A stretch of 64,000 bases of DNA, from the IMG/VR virus record IMGVR_UViG_3300009177_000028, positions 124,001 through 188,000 of that record. One strand, written 5' to 3'. The translations under genes were made by a program, and so were the position numbers. The notes below the pieces were generated by a model. That model did no database searches. It saw nothing but the letters and a program-made list of their open reading frames with translations, and was not told the DNA's origin. Positions 47,157-55,860 of the stretch are shown here, piece by piece; the first letter of the stretch is position 1, and the number at the start of each line of letters is the position of its first letter.

Positions 47157-47368
47157 GCAAGAAGCCTACTTACTCCCTGGTGAAGGGAGATGTCTTCATC
47201 GGGTCTGACTTGCAAGCCTGGACGGTGGACGAAGTGGTCAAACCGGAGGGCTGGAACACACTTCCGCAGATTGGGGAAAAGCCCAAGGTGTGGGAGGTGA
47301 GAGCACATCGGGGCCAAGCCAATCGGCGCTTCTACTACCACGGCACACGTTTGGTGGAAGTCAAGTAG
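47153..47368 (+). CDS. Small hypothetical protein
   Basis: GTGA overlap. Confidence 0.55.
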   Translation: MSKKPTYSLVKGDVFIGSDLQAWTVDEVVKPEGWNTLPQIGEKPKVWEVRAHRGQANRRFYYHGTRLVEVK

Positions 47369-47514
47369 TTACGCGCACTTAGGTGAGACATTATCGGTAT
47401 GGCGATAAGAATATCGCTATAGCGATAAAAAGTCTGTAACCACTTGGAACTACAGGGGAATGCGCGAACTAGGGCGCGAGAGTCGGAGGTGTAGGGCGGG
47501 CTGGGCCTGGGGTG

Positions 47515-47536
47515 GTTGGCATGTTTGCATGTAGCA
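47515..47536 (+). promoter_or_regulatory. 22-bp motif copy
   Basis: GTTGGCATGTTTGCATGTAGCA. Confidence 0.7.
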
Positions 47537-47762
47537 AAAAGGGTGCCACCTGCCGCTGGAGCTTCTGGGAGGCGCACCCGCACCTACCTTCTGCTTCAAT
47601 TCTTTTGCAATTGAGCGTTTCTTAGTGGCGCATGTGAAAGCGCGCTCCCATAATGAATGGCCAGCGCAAACAAACGAATGAGAGGGGTGGGACAATGAAG
47701 CTGGGAATCTGACAACGGCAATTCAACCTGCAACCTCAACCTACAGAGAAGGATAATCAACC

Positions 47763-48092
47763 ATGGCAATGCGAGCAATCAACGAAGTTCACGACAGCGC
47801 AATCATCCGACAGTTGGTCACGATGGACGAGATGGACCTCTTCATGTCCACCTTCGACCAGACTGTCACGGTAGGTGAGCATCCACTAACCTTCTCGGGA
47901 TGGGCAATCAAGAATGAAGTGCAGGTGATGCAGTGTGCGTCCGAGTGCGACATCGCCTTGGGGCTGCTGGCGCTGTCTCCCATCTTTCAGCACAAGGACT
48001 ACGCGGATGACGCCTTGTACGAGGTGGGATGTCTGATGCACGGTAGCGAAGAAGAATACATCAACTTCTTGATGTTGATCAGCAATCGCTGA
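47763..48092 (+). CDS. Early hypothetical protein
   Basis: AAGGA RBS. Confidence 0.65.
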   Translation: MAMRAINEVHDSAIIRQLVTMDEMDLFMSTFDQTVTVGEHPLTFSGWAIKNEVQVMQCASECDIALGLLALSPIFQHKDYADDALYEVGCLMHGSEEEYINFLMLISNR

Positions 48093-48096
48093 TTGT

Positions 48097-48141
48097 CCTA
48101 CACCCTGCCCATAACTGGAAACGGTTGTGGGCATGAGTAGG
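48097..48141 (+). repeat. Conserved intergenic stem-loop copy 10
   Basis: CCTAC-ACC-CTGCCCATAACT...GGTTGTGGGCAT-GA-GTAGG. Confidence 0.8.
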
Positions 48142-48169
48142 CGAATCAACGCCAACAACGGAGGATGTC

Positions 48170-48763
48170 ATGTTGAATCAAAAGAACCAAACATGCCACA
48201 TGAAGCACTTCTGTGAGCGTGAGTCGTTCAATCGGAAGCGCCGGTTGTACACCGATGGGAGCTACCGTGAGTCAAGGTACGAGGTGTGGGATCCTTACTA
48301 CCGGGGTGGTCCTGACGAGGTACCCGATGAGGTGCTGGTGTACGAGGCCGAATCCAAAGAGGAGTGTGAGGCTTACATGGCCACGCAGGGTAAGGCATTG
48401 GAGCTTCGGGAGAACGGTGTGTGTCAGGTGTGCGACCTGTACGAGAAGCGTCAGGCGCACCTTCGGGATGGACGTGTGGATCCCTTCTACCTGGTGGTTT
48501 CAGGTACGAGTCGCCACTACGGTGGACCCGAAGAGGGTGGATGGTGGTACAACTGGACGGAGATTCTGGAGGTGCGCCGAGCGTTCACCTTTCAGGAGGG
48601 ACTCCGACAAGCTCGTGAGTTGAGAGATAAGTACCCACAACCTAAGTACGACATCTACTCGTGCGCCAACGATGGTGAGCCCAATACGGAGATTACCCTC
48701 TGTTACGGGGAAGCGGATCCACGTTGGCCACATGAGAGTACAGAAAGGCCAAGGTACGAGTGA
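48170..48763 (+). CDS. Early hypothetical protein (YGGPEEGGWWY motif)
   Basis: GGAGG RBS. Confidence 0.75.
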   Translation: MLNQKNQTCHMKHFCERESFNRKRRLYTDGSYRESRYEVWDPYYRGGPDEVPDEVLVYEAESKEECEAYMATQGKALELRENGVCQVCDLYEKRQAHLRDGRVDPFYLVVSGTSRHYGGPEEGGWWYNWTEILEVRRAFTFQEGLRQARELRDKYPQPKYDIYSCANDGEPNTEITLCYGEADPRWPHESTERPRYE

Positions 48764-48987
48764 TGGAAGTCCAGGTGGAGAAAGAGCACATGGTGGCGGA
48801 GCTGGTGGGTAACTTCGATGATGTCACCTGCGTGGTGGTACATTGTCAGGACTACGACCACTTTCGCCGACTTCCGCAGGTGGTCTCCTACCAGGGAATC
48901 CTGTGTGGGAAAACGGGGTGGAACTCGGATACCAACCGAGCCCACTATCAAAGCAACGCATCGCTGGTCAAAGTGGAGAGGAGGTAG
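48760..48987 (+). CDS. Small hypothetical protein
   Basis: GTGA overlap. Confidence 0.55.
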   Translation: MMEVQVEKEHMVAELVGNFDDVTCVVVHCQDYDHFRRLPQVVSYQGILCGKTGWNSDTNRAHYQSNASLVKVERR

Positions 48988-48991
48988 GACA

Positions 48992-49192
48992 ATGGCGGTC
49001 AAGGTATCGGACTTGAAGGATCAGATAGGTGTGGGTGGCCCTCACCCTATCCTCTACTGTCGGTGTTGTGGGGGAGAGTATTCGGCCAACAAAGGCGATT
49101 ACTTTCTCCTACCTCCTGACGAAGTGATGACTTGTTGTGAGCAAGAGTTGGTGCTTGTCACCAAACGTGTGGTGTATCAAGAGACAAGCTGA
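48992..49192 (+). CDS. Small Zn-finger-like protein
   Basis: CRCC...TCC; GGAGG RBS. Confidence 0.6.
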   Translation: MAVKVSDLKDQIGVGGPHPILYCRCCGGEYSANKGDYFLLPPDEVMTCCEQELVLVTKRVVYQETS

Positions 49193-49608
49193 TGGGAGTT
49201 GCTGCACACACCATCCTCATTGTTGAGGATAACAACGACATTCGGCTTCTTTTCACCGCAGTGTTCACCTTATGTGGGATGAATGTTCTTGCCACCCGCA
49301 CACTTAGGGATGCATGTCGGGCATTCGAGGCAGGTGTTCAGATTGACGCCATTATGGTAGATTACACATTACCGGATGGTGTAGGTCCCAACATCTTGAC
49401 CCTTCTGGGCGACAAGTTGCCTAAGGTGCGAGTGTTGGTAACTGGACACGATATCACACATCCTGGTTTCAGTGAATGCTTCACCAAACCAGTAGACATG
49501 GGCCTACTTTGTAGGTCGGTTCGTTCAGGATTGGAGAAGGTATACCATGCAACTAGCGAAGCAAGTGGAACATGCGGGCAAGTCGGTCAAGGTGTTCTAC
49601 GACCCTGA
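49192..49608 (+). CDS. Orphan receiver domain 2
   Basis: ILIVEDN; IMVDYTLPDGVG; LVTG; TKPV. Confidence 0.88.
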   Translation: MGVAAHTILIVEDNNDIRLLFTAVFTLCGMNVLATRTLRDACRAFEAGVQIDAIMVDYTLPDGVGPNILTLLGDKLPKVRVLVTGHDITHPGFSECFTKPVDMGLLCRSVRSGLEKVYHATSEASGTCGQVGQGVLRP

Positions 49609-50164
49609 TCCGCTCAACCCGCGCAAGGAGTGGGACAACGGCACCATCATGCTTCATTGGCATCCGAGGTACGACCTTGGAGACAAGAAGGTGGAGCGGT
49701 GCACGGCGGATGAGGTGCGAGAGGAGTACCAGGACAGGGGTGACCCGGTCCTCTGTATTCTCCCTCTTTACCTGTACGACCATTCGGGTCTGAGTGTCAG
49801 CACGGGTGGCTTCTCCTGTCGGTTCGACTCGGGCCAGGTGGGATGGGTCATCATCACTCAGTCCAAGAAGGAGGAGATGGGATTCCCCGATAACTACACT
49901 ACGGAGATGTACGAGGAAGTCATCAAACAGGATGTCAAGACCTACGATGACTACCTGACCGGACAGGTGTTCGGATACGAGGTGGAGGGGCGAGATGGTG
50001 ACACCCTGGACTCCTGTTGGGGTTTCGTGGGTGACATGGAGGATTGCCTCTCCGAAGGTAAGAGTGCAGCCGAAGGGTGCGAGGATCCTGCGGTTGCTCG
50101 GGAGGTGGAGGAGCTACAGGCACGGGCCACCTACGCTGGTGTGGGTGGAAAGGAGGAGTCATGA
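49547..50164 (+). CDS. Conserved phage/ICE-type hypothetical protein
   Basis: LPLYLYDHSGLSVST...DSGQVGW...YDDYLTG.V.GY...DSCWGF.G. Confidence 0.75.
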   Translation: MQLAKQVEHAGKSVKVFYDPDPLNPRKEWDNGTIMLHWHPRYDLGDKKVERCTADEVREEYQDRGDPVLCILPLYLYDHSGLSVSTGGFSCRFDSGQVGWVIITQSKKEEMGFPDNYTTEMYEEVIKQDVKTYDDYLTGQVFGYEVEGRDGDTLDSCWGFVGDMEDCLSEGKSAAEGCEDPAVAREVEELQARATYAGVGGKEES

Positions 50165-50415
50165 GAGAGTTTCGTTGCACACGTATCACCCCATTCGGCC
50201 ACCCCTACAACACCAACGCCCCGGCCTACATGGACACCTCGGCTCGCCAAGGCCACTACGTCCACGCACGGGATGAGGTGGAGGCTTACAACAAGATGGC
50301 AAAGGAGTTTCCGGAAGACATTGAAGGCAAACCTCTGACGGAAACCTTCACGGTCGAATTCGTCAAGGATGTTACGGCCTGGTATGCTCCAAAGGAAAAG
50401 AAGGTGGGACCATGA
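50161..50415 (+). CDS. Small hypothetical protein
   Basis: AGGAGG RBS; ATGA overlap. Confidence 0.6.
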   Translation: MREFRCTRITPFGHPYNTNAPAYMDTSARQGHYVHARDEVEAYNKMAKEFPEDIEGKPLTETFTVEFVKDVTAWYAPKEKKVGP

Positions 50416-50699
50416 ACGACAACAAGCGTTTTCGTAATTCCGAATCGCGCAACCTGATGGCGTTCGTGCTCGCACTCGACCCCACCATGCGAGATACTCT
50501 CCGACAGTTGCTTCGCATGGGGGCGTACAACATCCGGCACGACCACATGTACGTGCTCAACAAGGAGACTGGGAAGTATGACTACCTCCCGGATCCTACT
50601 GCGTGGAATGCCGACCTGGACGCCTTTGGTGGGAAGAACAACATGGGTGTCACCATGTTGCGCACACGTCAGGGCGAGTGGTTTCTCAACGGCTGCTGA
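50412..50699 (+). CDS. Small hypothetical protein
   Basis: ATGA overlap. Confidence 0.6.
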   Translation: MNDNKRFRNSESRNLMAFVLALDPTMRDTLRQLLRMGAYNIRHDHMYVLNKETGKYDYLPDPTAWNADLDAFGGKNNMGVTMLRTRQGEWFLNGC

Positions 50700-50710
50700 A
50701 AGGAGCACAC

Positions 50711-50893
50711 ATGCTGGTCATTCAGGTTCTTTGGTCGGATGGTTTCATTCATAACGAGTGGAACACCGACAAGGAAGATGAAAAGGCAATTCAGGAGGCG
50801 CGCGATCACCTTCAGGATCCTACCTTCGAGGGTGACTACATGCGCATCATCACGAGCGATGGTGAGCTGGTGTGGGATAGTCGGAACCAGTAA
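50711..50893 (+). CDS. Small hypothetical protein
   Basis: AAGGAG RBS. Confidence 0.6.
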   Translation: MLVIQVLWSDGFIHNEWNTDKEDEKAIQEARDHLQDPTFEGDYMRIITSDGELVWDSRNQ

Positions 50894-51050
50894 ACGTTAC
50901 TCTCTGCGGAGAAGAAAGGCACGGTGGGACAACGTATACATATCAGATATAATCCAAAACGCACAGCCAAAACTAAAACTTCGTAGTATATTGGGAGACA
51001 ATGTCAGATAGGATAATATCCTGTCGTAGTGTGTAAAAGGGGTAAGACTA

Positions 51051-51449
51051 ATGTATACTGTTATGATCGTGGAAGATGACGATGATCAAATAGTCCTACT
51101 GTCGGGTCTCATATCCTCCTTTGGATACCGTGTTCTGACCGCTCGTTCCAAAAAAGAAGCTATGTCTATCATTGACTCACATGTCAAGATAGATGTTCTC
51201 TTTACCGACTTCATGCTCGGAGATGGGACGGGAGGTGAGATTCTGGCCGAGATGCGGGAACGTCTCCCACGTATCATGACCATCCTTTACACTGGTGTAA
51301 CCAAGTTTCCTCCCAGTCTCAGTGGTGGGTTTGATGACTACCTAACCAAACCTGTCAATACAAGTGACCTTCGCTGCACCATTGCATCCTGCTTAGAGGT
51401 GCGCACGCAGCGACAGAGTGATGTGAAGAAGAGTGAACGAGCAGCCTGA
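51051..51449 (+). CDS. Orphan receiver domain 3, ends -RAA
   Basis: VMIVEDD; LFTDFMLGDGTG; LYTG; LTKPV. Confidence 0.9.
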   Translation: MYTVMIVEDDDDQIVLLSGLISSFGYRVLTARSKKEAMSIIDSHVKIDVLFTDFMLGDGTGGEILAEMRERLPRIMTILYTGVTKFPPSLSGGFDDYLTKPVNTSDLRCTIASCLEVRTQRQSDVKKSERAA

Positions 51450-51465
51450 AAGGAAGGATACGACC

Positions 51466-51648
51466 ATGAATTCAGTTACCATCAAACCGAGCAACAAGCG
51501 TTCCTTTCGTCTTACCATGCTGAATCCGCGCACCAAGGATCGTTTCACCTGCACGGTGGAAGGATTCACCAAGGTGGATGCGGAGAGGCGAGCACGTAAG
51601 CAGGCTCCCAACTTTTCGGTATGTGTGGAAGTTCAGGAGGCAGCTTGA
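51466..51648 (+). CDS. Small hypothetical protein, ends -EAA
   Basis: AAGGA RBS. Confidence 0.6.
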   Translation: MNSVTIKPSNKRSFRLTMLNPRTKDRFTCTVEGFTKVDAERRARKQAPNFSVCVEVQEAA

Positions 51649-51965
51649 ACAAGAAACTAATTGTGTTGATTGGTAGGCGCTGGTTCCAAAAGGGACCGGG
51701 TAATACCTACCACGACACGGAGATCATTGCTCAGGGTTTCAAAGGCGGAATCCTCCACCATCGAACCACCATGGATTACGGGTATGGAGATACCTACATC
51801 CAAACAGGTGCTCGCTGGTTGGAGGATCAAGGTGTGCTCAAGTTGGAGCGTTACTCCAATGGAGCAGTGGAGCCGCTCTGGCGCTACTGTCAGGACCACG
51901 GCATCAAACTGATTACTTCAGTGGTGGATGTGGGTTCCAGAAAGGAATTGAAGGAAGATGCCTAG
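51645..51965 (+). CDS. Hypothetical protein
   Basis: TTGA overlap; AGGAGG RBS. Confidence 0.6.
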   Translation: MNKKLIVLIGRRWFQKGPGNTYHDTEIIAQGFKGGILHHRTTMDYGYGDTYIQTGARWLEDQGVLKLERYSNGAVEPLWRYCQDHGIKLITSVVDVGSRKELKEDA

Positions 51966-52130
51966 CTTCATATATCGGCCCGGACCTTACAGAGGTCCCT
52001 GGCCAGTGGAACCGTGCGCCTTCTGCGATGAGCCAACCACCTGTAAGAGCAGGTGTGGGAAGTTCTTTCATTGCAGTGTCTGTCAGTTCAACAAGGTCGA
52101 CAAGCGAACAAGGAAAGTGAAGGTAGCAGC

Positions 52131-52352
52131 ATGACTCCCAAGCGCGCACAAGAGATTATCCAGGCTGCTTACGACCGCTGCACCTGTGGTCCCTGGTGTG
52201 ACCAGTTGGACAAGGTGATGACGGATCAGGAAAGGAAGGAAGTCAACCAGGTGTGGGATACCATGCCAGGTGATACCAACTTCGTGGATGCCATCTACCG
52301 CATTGCTCGTACAGACGCGCCCAACTGGGCCATCAAGACAGGACGTGAATGA
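52131..52352 (+). CDS. Small hypothetical protein
   Basis: GAAGG upstream of ATG 52131. Confidence 0.55.
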   Translation: MTPKRAQEIIQAAYDRCTCGPWCDQLDKVMTDQERKEVNQVWDTMPGDTNFVDAIYRIARTDAPNWAIKTGRE

Positions 52353-52419
52353 AAGTACACACAATCAAGGGAAACATCACACACTGGGAAGAAGATCCTT
52401 ATCGGGAAAGGAGGCATAA

Positions 52420-52803
52420 TTGACTACTCCAAACACAAACATCACTAAAGGTACGCTCATGGTGGTTGATGATGATGCAGATAACCTGGAGCTAATGGAG
52501 TTTTCCTTGCTCCATCAGGGTTACGAAGTCATCAAAGCAGCTTCCATGTGCGAGGCCGTGGAAACGTTCCGCAGCAGTCCGTACCCTATCCGTGCTCTGA
52601 TTACCGACTATTGGTTGGGAGACGGGACTGGAGCAGAGCTGGTCACACACCTAGGGGAGAGTGCTCCTAGTGTGAGGATTCTGGTCAGCGGAAGTTCAGA
52701 GATTCGTACCAATAGGACGTTTGATGCTTTTCTGGTCAAACCTGTCCTACCTAATAGGCTTCAGGAGATTCTAGCGGATCTCCTTCATGAGAGGGCGGTG
52801 TAG
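52420..52803 (+). CDS. Orphan receiver domain 4
   Basis: LMVVDDD; LITDYWLGDGTG; LVSG; LVKPV. Confidence 0.9.
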   Translation: MTTPNTNITKGTLMVVDDDADNLELMEFSLLHQGYEVIKAASMCEAVETFRSSPYPIRALITDYWLGDGTGAELVTHLGESAPSVRILVSGSSEIRTNRTFDAFLVKPVLPNRLQEILADLLHERAV

Positions 52804-52804
52804 T

Positions 52805-52999
52805 ATGTCGGCTTCTCAATTCGCAATTCAGTGTGTTCAACTCGCACAAGAAAGGATCAAGAAGATACTGTCAGACCAAACCATCAAAGTTCCAACGGAT
52901 GTGCGCAAGTCTTTGATGGATTCTTTCGATGACCTACATCGGGCCGATGTGTGCCTAAACATGAGAAAGGAGGATCACAATGAGGCAAAAGGGACCTAA
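52805..52999 (+). CDS. Small hypothetical protein
   Basis: Tight packing. Confidence 0.5.
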   Translation: MSASQFAIQCVQLAQERIKKILSDQTIKVPTDVRKSLMDSFDDLHRADVCLNMRKEDHNEAKGT

Positions 53000-53486
53000 G
53001 TTCTTCGTTTCCCGACAGAATTACTGGGGGATGTGTGAGGGAGATGGAACTATCGTAGAGGTCGCCCAAGGTGGTAGTGACTACGCCAACCCCGACATGC
53101 TCGGGGTTAGGTGGGCTCACCTGGGAGAGGGTAAGGAATTCTCGGATCCTCGGGAAGCGGTCGATGCTGCTATCGCTATCTGCGAAGAGTGGAAAAAGAC
53201 CGACCCCAACGCTCATGTGGCGATGGGTAGCACCATGGGTTTCACCATGTACTTCGAGTGGGAGGAGTACGATAGCCTACGCCAGAAGGCGGAGGAGTTG
53301 TACCAGAAGCTCCCGAAGTGCGATGAGTGTGGCGGCCTGATGGGTGATGAGACATTCACCCACGACTACGCACTTGGTACTGACGAGAAGTTCTGCCGGG
53401 AATACTGTGCGGAAGAGAACTACCGCAAGATCGTCATCCAAGACCAGGAAGACGCACAAGAGGAGGAAGGTGATGAAGAATCCTAA
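52980..53486 (+). CDS. Hypothetical protein with C-terminal CxxC...CxxxC
   Basis: AGGAGG RBS. Confidence 0.7.
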   Translation: MRQKGPKFFVSRQNYWGMCEGDGTIVEVAQGGSDYANPDMLGVRWAHLGEGKEFSDPREAVDAAIAICEEWKKTDPNAHVAMGSTMGFTMYFEWEEYDSLRQKAEELYQKLPKCDECGGLMGDETFTHDYALGTDEKFCREYCAEENYRKIVIQDQEDAQEEEGDEES

Positions 53487-53892
53487 ATTGCAGGAGGAGC
53501 TAACCAAACTCCTCAACTTGTCGGAGAGGGACCGCAACGATAAGCTCCGGCTTATCGAAGGTGAGCATCTTCTCGACTTGTTGGATGAGGAACGACATAA
53601 GTTCATGGACTCCAACAAGGGTTTCATGAATGCCATGTGCGATGAGCTGGTCGTACGTGGCATCTATCCCTCCAATGAAGGCAAGATCAACACCATCTAC
53701 CAGATGGTGAGTGGTTGGGGTGCACGGTGGCATGTGTGGTCGGGACCGTTCAACTGTCAGTTTTGCGGGACTGACCTGCGAGACCAGAAGGCGGGACCTC
53801 CCTTCAAACGTGAGATTGGCATCTACGATAGGGGACGTGACCGCACGGTTGCCTACCAATGCCCCGACTGTAAAAAGGAGTGGCCAAGATGA
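53473..53892 (+). CDS. Hypothetical protein with C-terminal Zn ribbon
   Basis: CQFC...CPDC. Confidence 0.7.
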   Translation: MKNPKLQEELTKLLNLSERDRNDKLRLIEGEHLLDLLDEERHKFMDSNKGFMNAMCDELVVRGIYPSNEGKINTIYQMVSGWGARWHVWSGPFNCQFCGTDLRDQKAGPPFKREIGIYDRGRDRTVAYQCPDCKKEWPR

Positions 53893-54053
53893 ATCATCTC
53901 ACCTCTATTCGTCGAGCCTTCACCCAACTTCAGAAAGCCTACGATGTGGTCCAAAAGGAAGGGCGTAAGGCGGAGGCTATCCAACTGGTCCAATCTGCGG
54001 AACAGTATGTAGCTATGGCCAAGCATGTTCTTACCTCCGAAGAGGGTAAGTGA
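53889..54053 (+). CDS. 54-aa hypothetical protein (below the track cutoff)
   Basis: ATGA overlap at 53889 and GTGA overlap at 54050; MNHLTSIRRAFTQLQKAY... Confidence 0.55.
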   Translation: MNHLTSIRRAFTQLQKAYDVVQKEGRKAEAIQLVQSAEQYVAMAKHVLTSEEGK

Positions 54054-54376
54054 ACATGCGTAAGGTGGAGCGTCTCAAGAGTGAAGCTCGGGAAGCTGCC
54101 CACAAAAGGGGACATCAACTCAAACCGTTTCTGAGAGACCCACTCAAGGATACCTCTCGGAAAGTCTACTCCACTGTCTGTCTCAATTGCGAGATGGGAG
54201 TGGTGGTAAACGATAGGCCGGCACCCAACGACATTGACATCAGTGGTGAGGCGGTGGCGCTCAACTGCAAGCGGGATGTTTCCAAGCTGCGCACTTCCTG
54301 TGTGCTGTGTGGAAACGAGATGGAAGGAAAGCGCCGGTGTCCCCTCTGTGGGGCACCGGAGGGAATCAAAGGATAA
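54050..54376 (+). CDS. Hypothetical Zn-finger protein
   Basis: CLNC, CVLC, CPLC. Confidence 0.65.
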   Translation: MNMRKVERLKSEAREAAHKRGHQLKPFLRDPLKDTSRKVYSTVCLNCEMGVVVNDRPAPNDIDISGEAVALNCKRDVSKLRTSCVLCGNEMEGKRRCPLCGAPEGIKG

Positions 54377-54454
54377 GTCTTCCACGAATTGCTCATAAGC
54401 ATATTCGCTTATGGGCAAGGGTGGTGGAATTACCCACTAGAAAGGAAGTTGAAT

Positions 54455-54640
54455 ATGATCAAGTTCGCATTCGCCTTGTTTGTTCTTGGGTGTGTTTTCA
54501 TGTGCGGGAGTCGTCTTCTGGATCACTGGTTTCCCAGCTTGGCTCAGAAGGTAGCATTCGAGACACCACTCGGCCCCATCAACTGGCTACTCATCGGGAC
54601 ATGTACGCTCTGTTTCGGAGCTTACAAGATGATGAAGTAG
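54455..54640 (+). CDS. Small two-TM membrane protein, paralog of 39407..39586
   Basis: MIKF...H..P....AF....WLLIG.C...F.AYK..K. Confidence 0.7.
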   Translation: MIKFAFALFVLGCVFMCGSRLLDHWFPSLAQKVAFETPLGPINWLLIGTCTLCFGAYKMMK

Positions 54641-54769
54641 GATGTTTCAGACATCTACTACATCCTTACAGTTGTGCATTCATTCCGATGTGGGAATCGC
54701 GCGTCAGCGCAGGGGTAACCACACCGTGAGGCGCTGGGTTCAATCTCAAGCCATGTAAGAGGTTCTACT

Positions 54770-55120
54770 ATGGGCGTCCAAGTTGAATTGAATTGGTGTA
54801 ACGTAGCGGTTGACATGCCCAACATGGGGCCTGGAGCCGACCGTGCGGGATGGTGGGTGGAATACTTAGAAGAGCTTACATTCCTAGGTAAGTACGAAGC
54901 AATCTTACAATACCTGGCATATGCCAAACGTAGTCGTGCACTTGAAATCATCAATAAAGCGCATGAGCAAGTCAAACGTGCGCGAGTTGAGGACAATAGA
55001 TCCAAGTCTGGTGTACAGAAAGCGGTTACTAGGGCAACTCTACCGGGCCCTAAGAAGACTTCACTTCCTACCAAGTCGGAGCCTTACTTCTATACCAAGA
55101 CGAACACCGGTACCAAGTAG
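54770..55120 (+). CDS. Hypothetical protein
   Basis: GAGG RBS. Confidence 0.55.
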   Translation: MGVQVELNWCNVAVDMPNMGPGADRAGWWVEYLEELTFLGKYEAILQYLAYAKRSRALEIINKAHEQVKRARVEDNRSKSGVQKAVTRATLPGPKKTSLPTKSEPYFYTKTNTGTK

Positions 55121-55133
55121 AAAGGAACGAGTC

Positions 55134-55391
55134 ATGAGGTGGAACGCATACATCAATAGACGACTGAAGAATGGGGATATCGAGACCTCCAAAGAGGTAT
55201 TCGAGCTTCCGAATACGACCAGGGCCGATGGGCGCTTTGCCACCCTTCATGCTTCCAAGACCTACAACATGAACGAAGATGCGATTCTGTGCATTCCCGG
55301 TTGCACCATCGCATGCTCAGGTGAGAATCATACTCCTGAGTGTGATGAGAAGTATCATCCTTCTGCCCCCATCATTACCAAAGCTCGCTGA
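55134..55391 (+). CDS. Hypothetical protein
   Basis: GAAAGGA RBS. Confidence 0.6.
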   Translation: MRWNAYINRRLKNGDIETSKEVFELPNTTRADGRFATLHASKTYNMNEDAILCIPGCTIACSGENHTPECDEKYHPSAPIITKAR

Positions 55392-55404
55392 AAGGAAATA
55401 CATC

Positions 55405-55860
55405 ATGTCCAATCGACACGGAATCGACTTGATTCGTTACGCGGTTCACATGCTGGACCACTGTAATGAAAGTTTCAATCAGCGCTTTCATCGGGCGGAG
55501 GACTTGCTCAAGATTGCAAACGCATGTCAGCAGTCCAAGTGGGACTTCTACCCCGATCAGTGGGACGAGCAGCAGATTCAGGAGTGCCTGCTTTTCGGGC
55601 GTACACCTGATTGGGCAGAACGACAGGATGGGAAAATCTATCCTGTCTACCTGCATGATGGTCCAAAGGAGTTTCAGGTGGGAATTACCTGGACCATGAC
55701 GGCAACTGTCCCCATCCGCGCACACAACCTGGACGAAGCTCTCGATTGGGCGGAAGGTGATATGCCACTTCCGAACAATGGTGAGTATCTGGATGACTCT
55801 TTCGAGATTGACCAGGATACCACCAATGAGATGAATGCTGGCGAAAAGGAAGAAGGATGA
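55405..55860 (+). CDS. Hypothetical protein
   Basis: GAAAGGA RBS. Confidence 0.65.
   Translation: MSNRHGIDLIRYAVHMLDHCNESFNQRFHRAEDLLKIANACQQSKWDFYPDQWDEQQIQECLLFGRTPDWAERQDGKIYPVYLHDGPKEFQVGITWTMTATVPIRAHNLDEALDWAEGDMPLPNNGEYLDDSFEIDQDTTNEMNAGEKEEG

Noticed and set aside
39961-47536. 22-bp motif as canonical sigma54 promoters
   Set aside because: GG-to-GC spacing is 3 nt too short for -24/-12 recognition.
38561-48141. Classical integron attC sites
   Set aside because: No RYYYAAC/GTTRRRY boxes and no IntI gene; kept only as a generic hairpin family.
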